Notes under the pieces: model-generated
What the model saw: only the letters and a program-made list of their open reading frames with translations
What the model was told of the DNA's origin: nothing
The model's database searches: none
Position numbers and translations under genes: made by a program
Shown here: positions 32,426 to 46,345 of the stretch, piece after piece
Layout of the letters: every line of letters begins with the position of its first letter
Position numbering within the stretch: position 1 is the first letter of the stretch
Source: an uncultured Actinomycetota bacterium
GTDB lineage: Bacteria; Actinomycetota; Actinomycetes; Mycobacteriales; Mycobacteriaceae
Length of the DNA stretch: 64,000 nucleotides
Assembly (NCBI GenBank): GCA_963734385.1
Contig: CAVTHR010000006.1
Span: forward strand, 47,910 to 111,909
Direction: 5' to 3'

Positions 32426-32910
32426 GACCACACGGTGCTGACCGACCACTCGGCGTGCGGCATCGGGAATTCGTCGCCCGCCTCGTCGCGGACCCAGGTG
32501 GGCAGTTCCACCGCGATACCCGTGAGCCGCCCGCGGCGCGGGTCGACCGTCGGGATGGTCACCGCGCGTTTCGACTTCGGCGCAAATGTCTCGACGATGG
32601 TGTCCTCGGGGCCCTCGTAGGCCCGCAGCAGCACCCAGGGTGCCAGCCAAATGCCGTCCGACACCGACAACTGCACCGGGTTGCGCGACGTTACGGCCAA
32701 TTCCCCCATGGCTTTCGGGAATTCACAACGTGTGGGGTTCAAAACGTCGCAGTAGCGATACGGCCCGACCCGAACCAACTGACCGTGCGTGTACGCGCTG
32801 ATCTCCGGATGCCCGGGTGCCGGGCTGCGGGTCAACCGCCACACCAGCACGGCGGTCACCGCGGAGGCCAGCACCGCGACAGCGGCCAGCAACGCCAGAC
32901 CTTTCTTCAC
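32422..32910 (-). CDS. DUF2771-like exported protein (Rv0875c-like)
   Basis: GTG at 32910; hydrophobic N-terminus, PEISAY, VGPYRYC, PHAEWSV. Confidence 0.8.
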   Translation of the reverse strand: MKKGLALLAAVAVLASAVTAVLVWRLTRSPAPGHPEISAYTHGQLVRVGPYRYCDVLNPTRCEFPKAMGELAVTSRNPVQLSVSDGIWLAPWVLLRAYEGPEDTIVETFAPKSKRAVTIPTVDPRRGRLTGIAVELPTWVRDEAGDEFPMPHAEWSVSTVWS

Positions 32911-34608
32911 TCCCGCGGCACCGTCCCCCGCAAGCGGGATCTTGTCCCCAGCCGAGTCGCTGCGGCCGCCCTCTTGCGCCGCAAGGATCGGGCGATTACC
33001 GCCGAGCCCGGGGATCAAGGAGTCGCCGCGGTAGCTGACCACCGTCTGCGCAAGGCCCAGGATCAACACGGCCGAGATTGCCGTAAAGCCAATGTGCAGT
33101 TGGGTATACACGAGCACACCCGTCGCGCCGCCTGCCACCCACGCCAGCTGCAACAGCGATTCGGAGCGTCCGAACGCCGAGGCGCGCGACTCCTCGGGCA
33201 GATCGTGCTGCAGCGACGCGTCAAGCGACGCCTTCGCGATCGCACTCGCCGCGGACGTGACCAGTGCGGCCAGCGCGGCCACCAACAGCTTTCCGGTCAG
33301 TGCCGTGGCCAACGCGGCAAAGGTGACAGCGATCGTGCTGCGCACCACCAGCTGCGCCGGATGCCCGAGCTGCAGCCGCGCGCTGGCGTAGTTGCCGCCG
33401 AAGTTGCCGATCGCCGCCGCCGCGCCGATCAGCCCGAGGATCAGTAGCTGCTCCCAGCCGCTCTTTTCGTGCGACTTGGCGACGAACGCGGGATACAGGA
33501 ACAAGAATCCGACCATCACCTTGATCGTGCAGTTGCCCCACAGCGCGGTGATGATGTTGCGGCCCAGCGGTTGTCGTGCGGGTCCTGGTTCGTGGAAGGC
33601 TTGCGGGCCACGACGTAGTTCGCCGTCGCCGCCGTGGTAGCTCAACGTGGTGGGGACCTCGCCCTCGGTGACCTCCACCCATTTCGGTATGCGCATGGCC
33701 AGCGCGGCGCCTGCCACCGTCACGGCGACGCAGACGTACAGCGCGCCGGGCATGTGGAACAGGTTGAACAGATACTCCGCACCGGCGGCCACCGCGCCGC
33801 CGACGATCGTGCCGCCGAGCAGACCGAACACGGTCAGCCGGGAGTTGACCCTGACCAGGTCGATGGTCGGCGGCAGCACACGCGGCGTCACCGCGCTGCG
33901 CAGCACGCTGAATGACTTGGACAGCACCATCATTCCCAGCGCACACGGATACAGCACCCAGGACGGGAAGCTTCCCGTCGCACCGTCGTAGTTGGCGATG
34001 AGCACCAGAACCAGCACCGAGCGCAGCGAGAACGACATGGCCAGTGCCAGCCGTCGGCCGTGCTGCAGACGGTCCAGTGCCGGCCCGATCAGCGGGGCGA
34101 TGACCGCGAACGGTGCGATCGTGATGAGCAGGTACAGCGCCACCTTGCTCTTGCTTTCCCCTGAGGCCGCCGCGAAGAACAGGGTGTTGGCCAGCGCGAC
34201 CGCCATCGCGGAGTCGACGGCGAAGTTGGCCATCACCGGGTAGGTCAGCGCGGTCAGGCCCGACTTGTCGGCACCGTCGGCGGTGGCGGCGCGGTGGAAC
34301 AGGCCATACATCCTCGAGCCCATCTCCCTGCTGCGCTGCGCGGCCGAGCGGGGTCCAGGTGGCTTCCGCCCCAGCCCCTCGCCGATTCCGGGGTCGCTGC
34401 GTCTCGACGACCTCTCCTCGAGGGGCGGCAAATACCGGTTGGAGCTGGGCGTGGACGGGCGGCGCTGCCGACGTTGATCCACGCCGTCGCTGGGATAGTT
34501 CGCCATCCCCGGGTGCTCGTCGCCGTGGCCTGCGGGAGGCCGCGGCGGGTAATAGCGGGGATCACGCCGGTCCGCGGGGCCTGTGTGGTCACGCCGCGAT
34601 CCGGTCAC
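32907..34608 (-). CDS. MFS-like membrane protein (Rv0876c-like); apparently fused to the next gene by an indel near 32935
   Basis: ADGADKSGLTALT, ALANTLFF, IAPFAVIAPLIGP, SAFGRSE. Confidence 0.85.
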
Positions 34609-34694
34609 AGAAACGATTCTCCCCCATCGCGATGACGGCGTCGTGCAGCCGACCGGTGTGGCTCCGCGAAGGCCGGTCAGGCACTATTAAGTGC

Positions 34695-35562
34695 GTGGAC
34701 AGCGTGACGGAATCCGCCGAGGACGGCCCGGCCACGCCGGCGACCGAGAGTCCGGCGGACCTGGAGGCGGTGCTGATGGGTGCCGTCGAGCTGGCGCGCA
34801 CGGCGATCGCCGAACACAGCGGTGACTCGGTCGGGGAGTATCTGGGCGCCACGTTCGACGACTCCACCGCGGCCACCCATCGCTTTCTGGCCAACCTGCC
34901 CGGCTATCAAGGCTGGCAGTGGGCGGTGGTCGTCGCGGCGCATCCCGGTGCCGACCACGCGACGATCAGCGAGGTCGTGCTGGTGCCGGGGCCGACGGCG
35001 CTGTTGGCGCCGCAGTGGGTGCCCTGGCAGGAACGGCTCCGTCCCGGCGATCTCGGCCCGGGTGATCTGCTCTCCCCGCCCGCCGAGGATCCCCGCCTTG
35101 TGCCGGGTTTCGCCGCTACCGGTGATCCCGAGATCGACGACGTCGCTGTCGAGCTCGGGCTGGGCCGGCGCCGTCTGCTCAGTGAACTGGGTCGCGCCGA
35201 AGCCGCGCAGCGGTGGCACGACGGCGATCACGGGCCGGGCTCGACGATGGCCAGGTCCACCCGCAGGGTGTGCCGCGACTGCGGTTTCTATCTGCCGCTG
35301 CGCGGATCGCTTGGACTGATGTTCGGTGTGTGCGCCAACGAGTTGTCCGCCGACGGGCTCGTCGTCGATTCCGAATACGGTTGTGGCGCACACTCGGACA
35401 CGCCCGCACCCGCCGGAACCGGCTCACCGCTCTACGACCCATACGACGACGGCATGCTCGACGTCGTCGAGCCGCCGGCCCCGAGCGACGAGCCGCAAGC
35501 CCCGACCGACGACGAGAACCCTCAGCCGCCGAGCGACGAGGCCGATCAAGACCCCGACGTAG
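34695..35562 (+). CDS. DUF3027 protein (Rv0877-like)
   Basis: PGYQGWQW, WVPWQERLRPGDLGPGD, CRDCGFY, CANE, YGCGAHS; as sequenced it reads to 35717, but TAG 35560-35562 is in frame if CCCC at 35552-35555 is CCC. Confidence 0.85.
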
Positions 35563-35570
35563 TCGGCGAG
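35544..35570 (+). repeat. Direct repeat, left copy (orphan uvrA2 3' end)
   Basis: GATCAAG-acc-CCGACGTAGTCGGCGAG. Confidence 0.75.
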
Positions 35571-35729
35571 AGAGGACCCAGCTCGAAGGCCTGCACGATG
35601 ATCGAGATGGCCTCCTTGGTCGAACGATCGAATGCCCGATCTTCGCATCGAATTCGACGCAAGCGTTACGCCCACTCGCAAGAGTCCGCGCTAGCGTCGG
35701 GTTCGCGGAACAGTTAGGAGCACAAACCG

Positions 35730-36302
35730 ATGGGAAAGCCCACTTCGTATCAAACGTCGGTCGTCGTTCCGCTCCCGGACGAAGACGAGATTGCCCGATC
35801 CGTCGGCGACGGATACGACCCCGACACCGCCCTTAACGTCATGAAGATGATGAGCGGCACCGGGGACTTCTTTCCTGCGCTGATCGGCATGGTGAAGGCC
35901 GTCTTCGGTGAGCGTGACATCGATGCCAAGCACCGTGAGGTCATTATTTTGCGGGCCGCGTCGGTACTCAAGTGCCCTTACGAGTGGCAGGCGAACGAAC
36001 GGATGGCCCACAATGCGGGCCTCACGACATCCGAGATCGACGCGATCGCCGGCGAGGCTCGATGAGCAATCTCGACAGTGACCATCAGCAGATTGATCGC
36101 TGCCACAGATGAGCTACTCATATCTGGCACTCTCGCCGACGGCACCCTTCAATCTCTACTCGACACGTTTGGGACGACGACGACACGCAAGTACATTGCC
36201 ACCATCGCGTGGTTCAGCCTGCTGAGTCTCTTCCTCAATGGCACCAGGGTGCCCATGGAAACAACCGACAAGATCGGCCAACGCACCTCGCCCCTGGGAT
36301 GA
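35730..36302 (+). CDS. Carboxymuconolactone decarboxylase/AhpD-like protein; indel near 36060
   Basis: REVIILRAASVLKCPYEWQAN, AATDELL; AGGAG RBS; AT-richer codons than its neighbours. Confidence 0.75.
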
Positions 36303-36317
36303 CCAGTGCTGCACAGA

Positions 36318-38663
<2,346 letters not shown>

Positions 38664-38667
<4 letters not shown>

Positions 38668-38774
38668 GCCTCGACTCCCACTCGTCCCCTGCCCTGCGGG
38701 CGTGGGCCCACCGGTCCTCGCTCGTACCTCGCTGCGATCCTCACTCGTGGTCGTCTTCGGGCGACCTGCTGCAT
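38664..38774 (-). repeat. MIRU-like repeat, long form, encoding a 36-aa translationally coupled mini-ORF
   Basis: 111 nt; begins TGATG (overlapping the VOC stop) and ends ATGA (overlapping the uvrA start); MQQVARRRPRVRIAARYERGPVGPRPQGRGRVGVEA. Confidence 0.8.
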
Positions 38775-39184
38775 CAGCGCAGCTCCTGGATGCGGACCAT
38801 ATTTCCTGCGGGATCGCGGAGCGCGCAGTCGCGAACTCCGTACGGCTGTTCGGTCGGCTCCTGGACCACCTCGACGTCACCGGCCTGCACCGTCTCGAAA
38901 GTGCCGTCGAGATCCTTGGTGGCCAGCAGGAGCGTGCCAAAGGTGCCCTTGGCCATCATCTCCGCGATGACGCGACGCTCGTCGTCGGTGAGGCCGGGGG
39001 TTGCGGTCGGCGGGTACAGGACGATGCTCGTGTCAGGCTGGTTCGGTGGGCCGACCGTGATCCACCGCATCTTGTCCCTGCCGACGTCGAGGCGGACCTC
39101 GAAGCCGAGGGTGTCGCGATAGAACGCCAGTGATTCTTCCGGCTCGTCGTGTGGGAGGAAGCTCGAGTGAATGGTGATTTCCAT
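38774..39184 (-). CDS. VOC/glyoxalase/bleomycin-resistance family protein
   Basis: SLAFYRDTLGFEV, QEPTEQPYGVRDCALRDPAGN. Confidence 0.9.
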   Translation of the reverse strand: MEITIHSSFLPHDEPEESLAFYRDTLGFEVRLDVGRDKMRWITVGPPNQPDTSIVLYPPTATPGLTDDERRVIAEMMAKGTFGTLLLATKDLDGTFETVQAGDVEVVQEPTEQPYGVRDCALRDPAGNMVRIQELR

Positions 39185-39189
39185 GCCGA

Positions 39190-39640
39190 TCACGCTAAGT
39201 GCAGGCCGGGCGGCACGCGCTTCTCGATTCCTGACCGGTCTTGTCACCTGCTTCTCCACGCACGACGGCATCCCCTCCGTCACACCGGCCGTCTGTTCCC
39301 GGTACGCGCTGGGCGGCATCCCGACCAACTCGGTGAAGCGAGTGCTGAAAGTGCCCAGCGACGAGCAACCGACCGCGAAGCACACTTCGGTGACTGACAG
39401 GTCGCCACGACGCAGCAGCGCCATCGCGCGCTCGATCCGCCGCGTCATCAGGTAGGAGTACGGCGACTCTCCGTAGGCCAGCTTGAACTGACGCGACAGA
39501 TGCCCGGCGGACATGTTCACCCCGCGGGCGAGCGCCTCGACGTCCAACGGCTGCGCATACTCGCGGTCCATCCGGTCGCGGACGCGGCGCAGCAGCTTGA
39601 GGTCACGCAGGCGCTGCTCCTCCGCGGGCGTGCGAGTCAA
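39190..39640 (-). CDS. Short AraC-family HTH regulator
   Basis: RDRMDREYAQPLDVEALA, HLSRQF, RRIERAMALL, VGCSSLGTFSTRF; TTG start overlaps the SRPBCC stop; 3' end uncertain. Confidence 0.88.
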
Positions 39641-40089
39641 CTTTCGGCCGCCGCCTTGATGCGCGCCAGCGAGGTGTTCATGCCCTCGATCAGTTCGCGC
39701 TCGAAGTTGGGCACGCCGCCGAACAACTTGCTCACCGTGAAGTTGGCGGCGGGCTTGACGCCATTCTCGGCGTTACGGCTCTCCACCACACGGGTGCCGT
39801 TCTCGGTCGGCTCCAGCTCGTAGCTCCAAATGGTGTTGTTGGTGTTCACCCGGAATGCCAGCTTTTTCTCCGGAAACACTTCGGTGACCGTGCTCGTGGT
39901 CGGCCAGAACAGAAAATTGCGACGGTTGAGATTGATCGTTCGGGTGCCTTGACGCAGCGGTCCGAATGCCTTCATCAATCGGCATTGCGGGCTCCATTGC
40001 GGCATCCGGCTGAAATCGGAGATCAAGGCCCACACCTTCTGTACCGGGGCATCGATATCGATCTGCGCCTGCAATAGCGGCTCGGCCAT
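39637..40089 (-). CDS. SRPBCC family protein
   Basis: IDIDAPVQKVWALISD..MPQWSPQC, WSYELEP, TSLARIKAAAE. Confidence 0.88.
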   Translation of the reverse strand: MAEPLLQAQIDIDAPVQKVWALISDFSRMPQWSPQCRLMKAFGPLRQGTRTINLNRRNFLFWPTTSTVTEVFPEKKLAFRVNTNNTIWSYELEPTENGTRVVESRNAENGVKPAANFTVSKLFGGVPNFERELIEGMNTSLARIKAAAES

Positions 40090-40129
40090 TGTGTCCTCCC
40101 TCTGGGGCTTCCGCGTGTTCTTTCTCTCG

Positions 40130-40393
40130 TCAGGTCAGGCCGCTCTGCGCACCGCGCGAGCCGCGGCGAGCGGCGCGACGCTGCAACAGAAAGATCGACG
40201 TGCCAAGCGCACCGACTCCGAGGCCGGCCACCGCGATCGGACGCCACTCGTGCAGGCCGGGCACCGCGAACGCGAGGACAACGGCGATCAACCACCCCAC
40301 CGCGATCACGACGATGACAGGCCAGGGATCGAGCAGGATCGCAGGCAGGGCAGGCGGTTCCGGCTCGGCGGGCTCAACTGGTTGAGAGCTCAT
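40130..40393 (-). CDS. DUF2530 membrane protein (Rv0879c-like)
   Basis: PPALPAILLDPWPV, two TM helices, [16 protein letters not shown]. Confidence 0.82.
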   Translation of the reverse strand: MSSQPVEPAEPEPPALPAILLDPWPVIVVIAVGWLIAVVLAFAVPGLHEWRPIAVAGLGVGALGTSIFLLQRRAARRGSRGAQSGLT

Positions 40394-40483
40394 TGCAGAC
40401 CAACCTAGCCGTTCGCGACGGATCGTCGGAAGCCGGTCGTGTTTTGCTCCGCGGAGGAAGACCAGATCGCTATTCTTTGCTTT

Positions 40484-40915
40484 GTGAAGGAAATCGACTC
40501 TCGGTTGGCGAGCGACCTGTCGCTGGCGGTTATGCGTTTGGCGCGCCAATTGCGGTTTCGCCGCCCGGATTCGCCGGTTTCCTTATCGCAGTTGTCGGCG
40601 CTGTCGACCCTGGCCAAAGAGGGCGCAATGACACCGGGCGCGTTAGCTCTGCGTGAACGTGTTCGGCCGCCATCGATGACGCGGGTAATTGCCTCGCTCG
40701 CCGAACTCGGATTTGTGGCACGAGACGCACATCCTGCCGACGGTCGGCAGGTATTGGTGTCGGTCTCTTCGACCGGCGCGGAATTGATCGAAGCCGAGCG
40801 GAAAGCTAGCCAGGAATGGCTGAAGAGCCGGTTAGCGCAGCTCAATCCCGACCAGCGCAAGGCGTTGCTCGTCGCTGCCGACCTGATGTCGGCGCTCGTC
40901 GACGAACCAGCGTGA
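40484..40915 (+). CDS. MarR family regulator (Rv0880-like)
   Basis: [31 protein letters not shown]. Confidence 0.9.
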   Translation: MKEIDSRLASDLSLAVMRLARQLRFRRPDSPVSLSQLSALSTLAKEGAMTPGALALRERVRPPSMTRVIASLAELGFVARDAHPADGRQVLVSVSSTGAELIEAERKASQEWLKSRLAQLNPDQRKALLVAADLMSALVDEPA

Positions 40916-41727
40916 GCCCGGTCGTCGACATCGACGACCCCGCCGACTCGAGGCTGGACGATTTCCGCGACCTCAACAGCGTCGACCGCAGGCCCGATCT
41001 GCCCTCCGGCAAGGGGTTGGTCATCGCCGAAGGCGTTCTCGTCGTGCAGCGGATGCTGGCTTCCCGATTCAGGCCGCGGGCAATGCTGGGCACCGATCGC
41101 AGGCTGCGAGAGCTGGCGGGCGATCTGGAGGCGACCGACTCGCCGTACTACCGGGTGACCGCCGAGGTGATGGCCGACGTGATCGGCTTTCACCTCAACC
41201 GCGGGGTGCTTGCCGCGGCGCCGCGGCCGGGCGAGTTGACCGTCGAGGCGGTGCTCGACGGCGCACGAACGGTCGCGGTGCTCGAGGGCGTCAACGACCA
41301 CGAGAACCTGGGCTCGATCTTCCGCAACGCCGCCGGCCTCGGCGTCGACGCGGTGGTGTTCGGCACCGGATGCGCCGACCCGCTGTACCGCCGCGCCGTG
41401 CGGGTCTCGATGGGGCATGCCCTGTTGGTGCCGTACGCCTGGGCTGCTGCATGGCCCGCAGACCTGACATTATTGCGCGACAACGACTTTCATGTGCTGG
41501 CGATGACGCCCGATCAGGCGGCGTCCACGCTGGCCGACGCGATGGCGGCGGCCGGAGACGATCGCGTGGCGATCCTCGTCGGCGCCGAGGGGCCCGGCCT
41601 GACCGAGACCGCGATGCGGTACAGCGACGTCCGGGTGCGCATTCCCATGTCGCGCGGAACCGACTCGCTGAATGTGGCAACGGCGGCCGCGCTGGCGTTC
41701 TACGAGCGGGTTAGATTCGCGCGATGA
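40912..41727 (+). CDS. TrmH/SpoU family RNA methyltransferase (Rv0881-like)
   Basis: [34 protein letters not shown]. Confidence 0.92.
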   Translation: MSPVVDIDDPADSRLDDFRDLNSVDRRPDLPSGKGLVIAEGVLVVQRMLASRFRPRAMLGTDRRLRELAGDLEATDSPYYRVTAEVMADVIGFHLNRGVLAAAPRPGELTVEAVLDGARTVAVLEGVNDHENLGSIFRNAAGLGVDAVVFGTGCADPLYRRAVRVSMGHALLVPYAWAAAWPADLTLLRDNDFHVLAMTPDQAASTLADAMAAAGDDRVAILVGAEGPGLTETAMRYSDVRVRIPMSRGTDSLNVATAAALAFYERVRFAR

Positions 41728-41993
41728 CCGACGACGCCACCCCGTGGGGAATGGGGCTGACGGTGGCGGCCTTCGTCGCGATGGTGACCGCGGGTGCGGT
41801 GGTGGTCTTGAGCATGGGCTTGATCCGCGTTCATCCGCTGCTGGCGGTCGGCCTCAACTTGGTCGCCGTCGGGGGCCTGGCGCCGACGGTATGGGGTTGG
41901 CGCCGAACGCCGGTGTTGCGGTGGTTCGTGCTGGGTCTTGGCGTCGGCGTTGCAGGCGCGTGGCTGGCCCTGTTGGCGTTGACGCTGCGTTAG
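41724..41993 (+). CDS. DUF2537 membrane protein (Rv0882-like)
   Basis: TPWGMGL, HPLLAVGLN, PTVWGWRRTPVLRW. Confidence 0.82.
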   Translation: MTDDATPWGMGLTVAAFVAMVTAGAVVVLSMGLIRVHPLLAVGLNLVAVGGLAPTVWGWRRTPVLRWFVLGLGVGVAGAWLALLALTLR

Positions 41994-42761
41994 CGCTGGC
42001 CGCTGGAGCGCACGCCGAGCAGCACGTCCTCCCACGCCGGAACCGGCGGCTTGCCCTTGGTCTTGCGGGTGCGCTGCAGGCTTGGGCGGCTCGGGCTGCT
42101 CGGGTTCCACCGGCGCCGGCTCGGGTTCTTCGAAGCCCAGCTGGGGGAGCGGCGCCACCGGCCGCAGCGGACGGGCGAAGTCGGGGTCGATCAGCTCGCA
42201 GGCGGCGTCGTCGAAGGCGGTCACGGTGCCGCCGTGCGCGCCGGGCGTGAACCGGAAGTGTGCGGCGTTGTCCGACAGTCCGGCCTTCCAGGACAGTTGA
42301 ACGGTCCAGCGCCCGTCTTCATTGCGCCACGCGTCCCAGTTGGTGGCATCGGGGTCGAGTCCGCGGGCGATCAGCGCCGATGTCACGGTCTCCAATAGCG
42401 TGAGAACCGCGGGGCCGTCGGCGAGGACGGGATGTGCCGCGGTTGCCAGCTCCGCCGCGCGCGAGCGTTCCAGCAGGACTGGGTGCGCGAACCGCTCCAC
42501 CCGGGACACGTCGACCCCGGCCGCCTCCGCAAGCTGTTCGATCGATGCGCCCGCGCGAATCCTGGCTTGAATCTCCTTGGGACGCAGCACGCTTGGAACC
42601 TCGGCATCGGGTTGTGGTGGGCTGGAGCCGGACTGGTCGCCGCGCATGGCGGCACGCAACCGGTCGTCAGCGCGCAGGATGAACTTCTCGTTCGGGTCGT
42701 CGCTTTCGCAGATTATGCGTTTGCCATCAACGTCGAGTCCGACGACCTTGAGTTCCCGCAT
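41990..42761 (-). CDS. sepH: Septation protein SepH (DUF3071, Rv0883c-like); indel near 42075
   Basis: MRELKVVG, LRPKEIQARIRAGAS, RFAHPVLLER; true C-terminus KPPVPAWEDVLLGVRSSGQR-TAA. Confidence 0.9.
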
Positions 42762-42868
42762 GCCGACCTCCTCCGGGCTCTTTGGCGCCGGGGCACCATG
42801 CCCGATTCGCAGGTCACCCTACTGCGTTATCGGCTCGTTACCCGGCCGACACGCCCGAGCTACCCAGG

Positions 42869-44063
<1,195 letters not shown>

Positions 44064-44138
44064 TTAACTTGCTGTGGCCCTACTGTGACGTTGTCAGCGC
44101 CACTCTGCTTGCGTGACAGCCTGATAGGAGGGCAAAAA

Positions 44139-45059
44139 ATGAAGTTCACAGCAAATCCACAGGCAATCTTGCCGATCTGTGCTGCGGCGGTAACAGTGTT
44201 CGGAGGACTCCTCATTGCGGCGCCCGTTCAGGCGGACGGCGGATGCATCCCCGGCGACCAAGCCGGCCAGGTGCCCCGCAACGCCCGACCCGGCGACAAT
44301 GTCTGCGCGCCTGCCGACGTCGCGGCTCTGATTCAAACGGAGAACGCGAACAAGAACGACGGATACGCTGCCGGGGCTGCGTCGACAGACCTTATCTGCA
44401 AGTCGGGTCTCGTGTGGCGCGAGGCGTTCGACGGTGACGCCGTCTGCGTCAGCCCGGACCGACGGACGGTGACGTGGCAGGAGAACGCCAACGCCGGCGT
44501 CGGGAACACGGGCGGGTTGAAGCCGCAGACGACCCAACCCGGCGGTTCGAATGCGTCAGGCGGTCCCGATGGCGCCCTCCTTGCGGCGGTGAACGACGCC
44601 CGGCTGCATCCGGAGAACTATCCGCCCAACGGGAACGCTGCTCACGCGAAGATGACGGCCTGCCCCAAGCCGTTGGGCGACTCGGGTGCGCTCGACAACG
44701 TGGCATCGACGCACAACCAATACCTCGCAGGCAAGCCGGGCTCGATGGTGAACACGTTCCCGAACATGCATAGGAACCCGCCGCCAGACGGGGTGATCTC
44801 CTGGGCGCCGTCACAGGACCCAGCCGACTCACGGCAGGGACCGATCCAGCAGGCCGGGTACAACATGCGCGGCGAAATCGTAGCGACCGGGCAAGGTTCC
44901 GAAGCCGAGGCAGTCGCGTACTGGATGCAGAATGACGAGGCCTCCGATTGGGGACATCGCAACAACATCCTCAATTGCGGTTACACCGACGCCGGAGCGG
45001 CGCATCACACGGGCGGAGACCTCGGCAACTACTGGACTGTCGATCTAGGCGCCCACTAG
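44139..45059 (+). CDS. Secreted CAP/SCP-domain protein with two N-terminal Cys-paired repeats
   Basis: Signal peptide; RNARPGDNVC and CKSGLVWREAFDGDAVCV; VNDAR, GEIVA, AVAYWM, GHRNNIL, YWTVDLG; AGGAGG RBS. Confidence 0.85.
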   Translation: MKFTANPQAILPICAAAVTVFGGLLIAAPVQADGGCIPGDQAGQVPRNARPGDNVCAPADVAALIQTENANKNDGYAAGAASTDLICKSGLVWREAFDGDAVCVSPDRRTVTWQENANAGVGNTGGLKPQTTQPGGSNASGGPDGALLAAVNDARLHPENYPPNGNAAHAKMTACPKPLGDSGALDNVASTHNQYLAGKPGSMVNTFPNMHRNPPPDGVISWAPSQDPADSRQGPIQQAGYNMRGEIVATGQGSEAEAVAYWMQNDEASDWGHRNNILNCGYTDAGAAHHTGGDLGNYWTVDLGAH

Positions 45060-45061
45060 CC

Positions 45062-45183
45062 CTAGGTGGTCGGATGCGAGCGCCGTCGTGGGTGACCGCG
45101 ACGGTGTGCTCGGTGCGTGCGGCACGAGCTGCTCCGGCCGCGGCCACGGCTTCTACCTCGCTTTCTGTCTTCAACTCCACCAT
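45062..45183 (-). pseudogene. map: Internally deleted type I methionine aminopeptidase remnant
   Basis: N-terminal MVELKTESEVEAVAAAG is joined directly to C-terminal RAARTEHTVAVTHDGARI(L)TT-TAG. Confidence 0.75.
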
Positions 45184-45186
45184 TTG

Positions 45187-45204
45187 ATGTGACCTGAGTC
45201 ACAT
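45187..45204. promoter_or_regulatory. CRP-binding site upstream of the AurF-like gene
   Basis: ATGTGA-cctgag-TCACAT, a perfect match to TGTGA-N6-TCACA. Confidence 0.85.
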
Positions 45205-45322
45205 AACTCGCGCATTGGCCCGTTCGGACACAGTGGGTAAAGGCGCCTGTTCAATAGGCGATACCTGCGGTACCGTTGTTGGACATTAAGCCGACGTATG
45301 TAAACCTCACAGGAGGCTTCTG

Positions 45323-46339
45323 ATGGCACGGACCCGCATGGTCAGGCGCTGGCGTCGCAACATGGATGTGGCTGACGACGCCGAGTACACCAGCATGCTC
45401 ACCACACTGTCCGAGGGGTCAGTGCGGCGCAATTTCAACCCCTACACCGACATCGACTGGGATTCTCCGGAGTTCGCGGTCATCGACAACGACGAGCGAT
45501 GGATCCTGCCCGCGACGGATCCGGTCGGCCAGCACCCCTGGTACAAGGCGCAAACGCTCGAGCGTCAGATCGAGATCGGCATGTGGCGCCAGGCCAACGT
45601 CGCCAAGGTCGGCCTGCACTTCGAGTCGATCCTGATCCGTGGCCTGATGGAGTACGCGTTCTGGACGCCCAACGGCTCGCCGGAATACCGGTACTGCCTG
45701 CACGAGGCGGTCGAAGAGTGCAACCACACGATGATGTTCCAGGAGATGGTGAACCGCATCGGTGCCGATGTGCCGGGGATGCCGCGGCTGCTCAAGTGGG
45801 TCCAGCCGTTCATCCCGTTGGTCGCGGGGCCGCTGCCGATCCCGTTCTGGTTCGGCATTCTCGCCGGCGAGGAACCCATCGACCACACGCAGAAAAACGT
45901 TCTGCGCGAAGGTAAGACGCTGCATCCGATCATGGAGCGGGTGATGGCCATCCACGTCGCCGAGGAAGCCCGGCACATCTCGTTCGCGCACGAATACCTG
46001 CGCAAGAGAGTTCCTCACCTGCCACGGCGGAAGCGGTTCGGGTTGTCGCTCTACGTCCCGCTGACGATGCGGATCCTGTGCTCGGCCATCATTGTTCCGC
46101 CGCGAGCGTTCTGGAAGGAATTCGACATCCCACGCTCGGTCCGCAAGGAGATCTTCTTCCGATCGCCCCAATCCAGGCAGATGCTGCGCGACATGTTCGG
46201 TGACGTCCGGATGCTGTGCCACGACACGGGTTTGATGAATCCTTTCGCGAAGATCATGTGGCGGATCTGCAGAATCGACGGCAGGCCCAGCCGCTACCGA
46301 AGCGAACCCGCCCGCCAACATCTGGTGTCGGCCGCCTAG
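45323..46339 (+). CDS. AurF-like di-iron oxygenase (Rv0885-like)
   Basis: HEAVEECNH, GEEPID, HVAEEARH. Confidence 0.9.
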   Translation: MARTRMVRRWRRNMDVADDAEYTSMLTTLSEGSVRRNFNPYTDIDWDSPEFAVIDNDERWILPATDPVGQHPWYKAQTLERQIEIGMWRQANVAKVGLHFESILIRGLMEYAFWTPNGSPEYRYCLHEAVEECNHTMMFQEMVNRIGADVPGMPRLLKWVQPFIPLVAGPLPIPFWFGILAGEEPIDHTQKNVLREGKTLHPIMERVMAIHVAEEARHISFAHEYLRKRVPHLPRRKRFGLSLYVPLTMRILCSAIIVPPRAFWKEFDIPRSVRKEIFFRSPQSRQMLRDMFGDVRMLCHDTGLMNPFAKIMWRICRIDGRPSRYRSEPARQHLVSAA

Positions 46340-46345
46340 GACCCC

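Noticed and set aside
32422-34608. MFS-DUF2771 fusion
   Set aside because: GTGA overlap at 32907-32910 is typical of two coupled genes; a nearby indel is the simpler explanation
38774-39640. AraC-VOC fusion protein
   Set aside because: Removing one T (CTT AGC GTG to CTA GCG TGA) stops AraC at 39190, just before the VOC ATG; given the indel rate this is more likely, though a real fusion is not excluded
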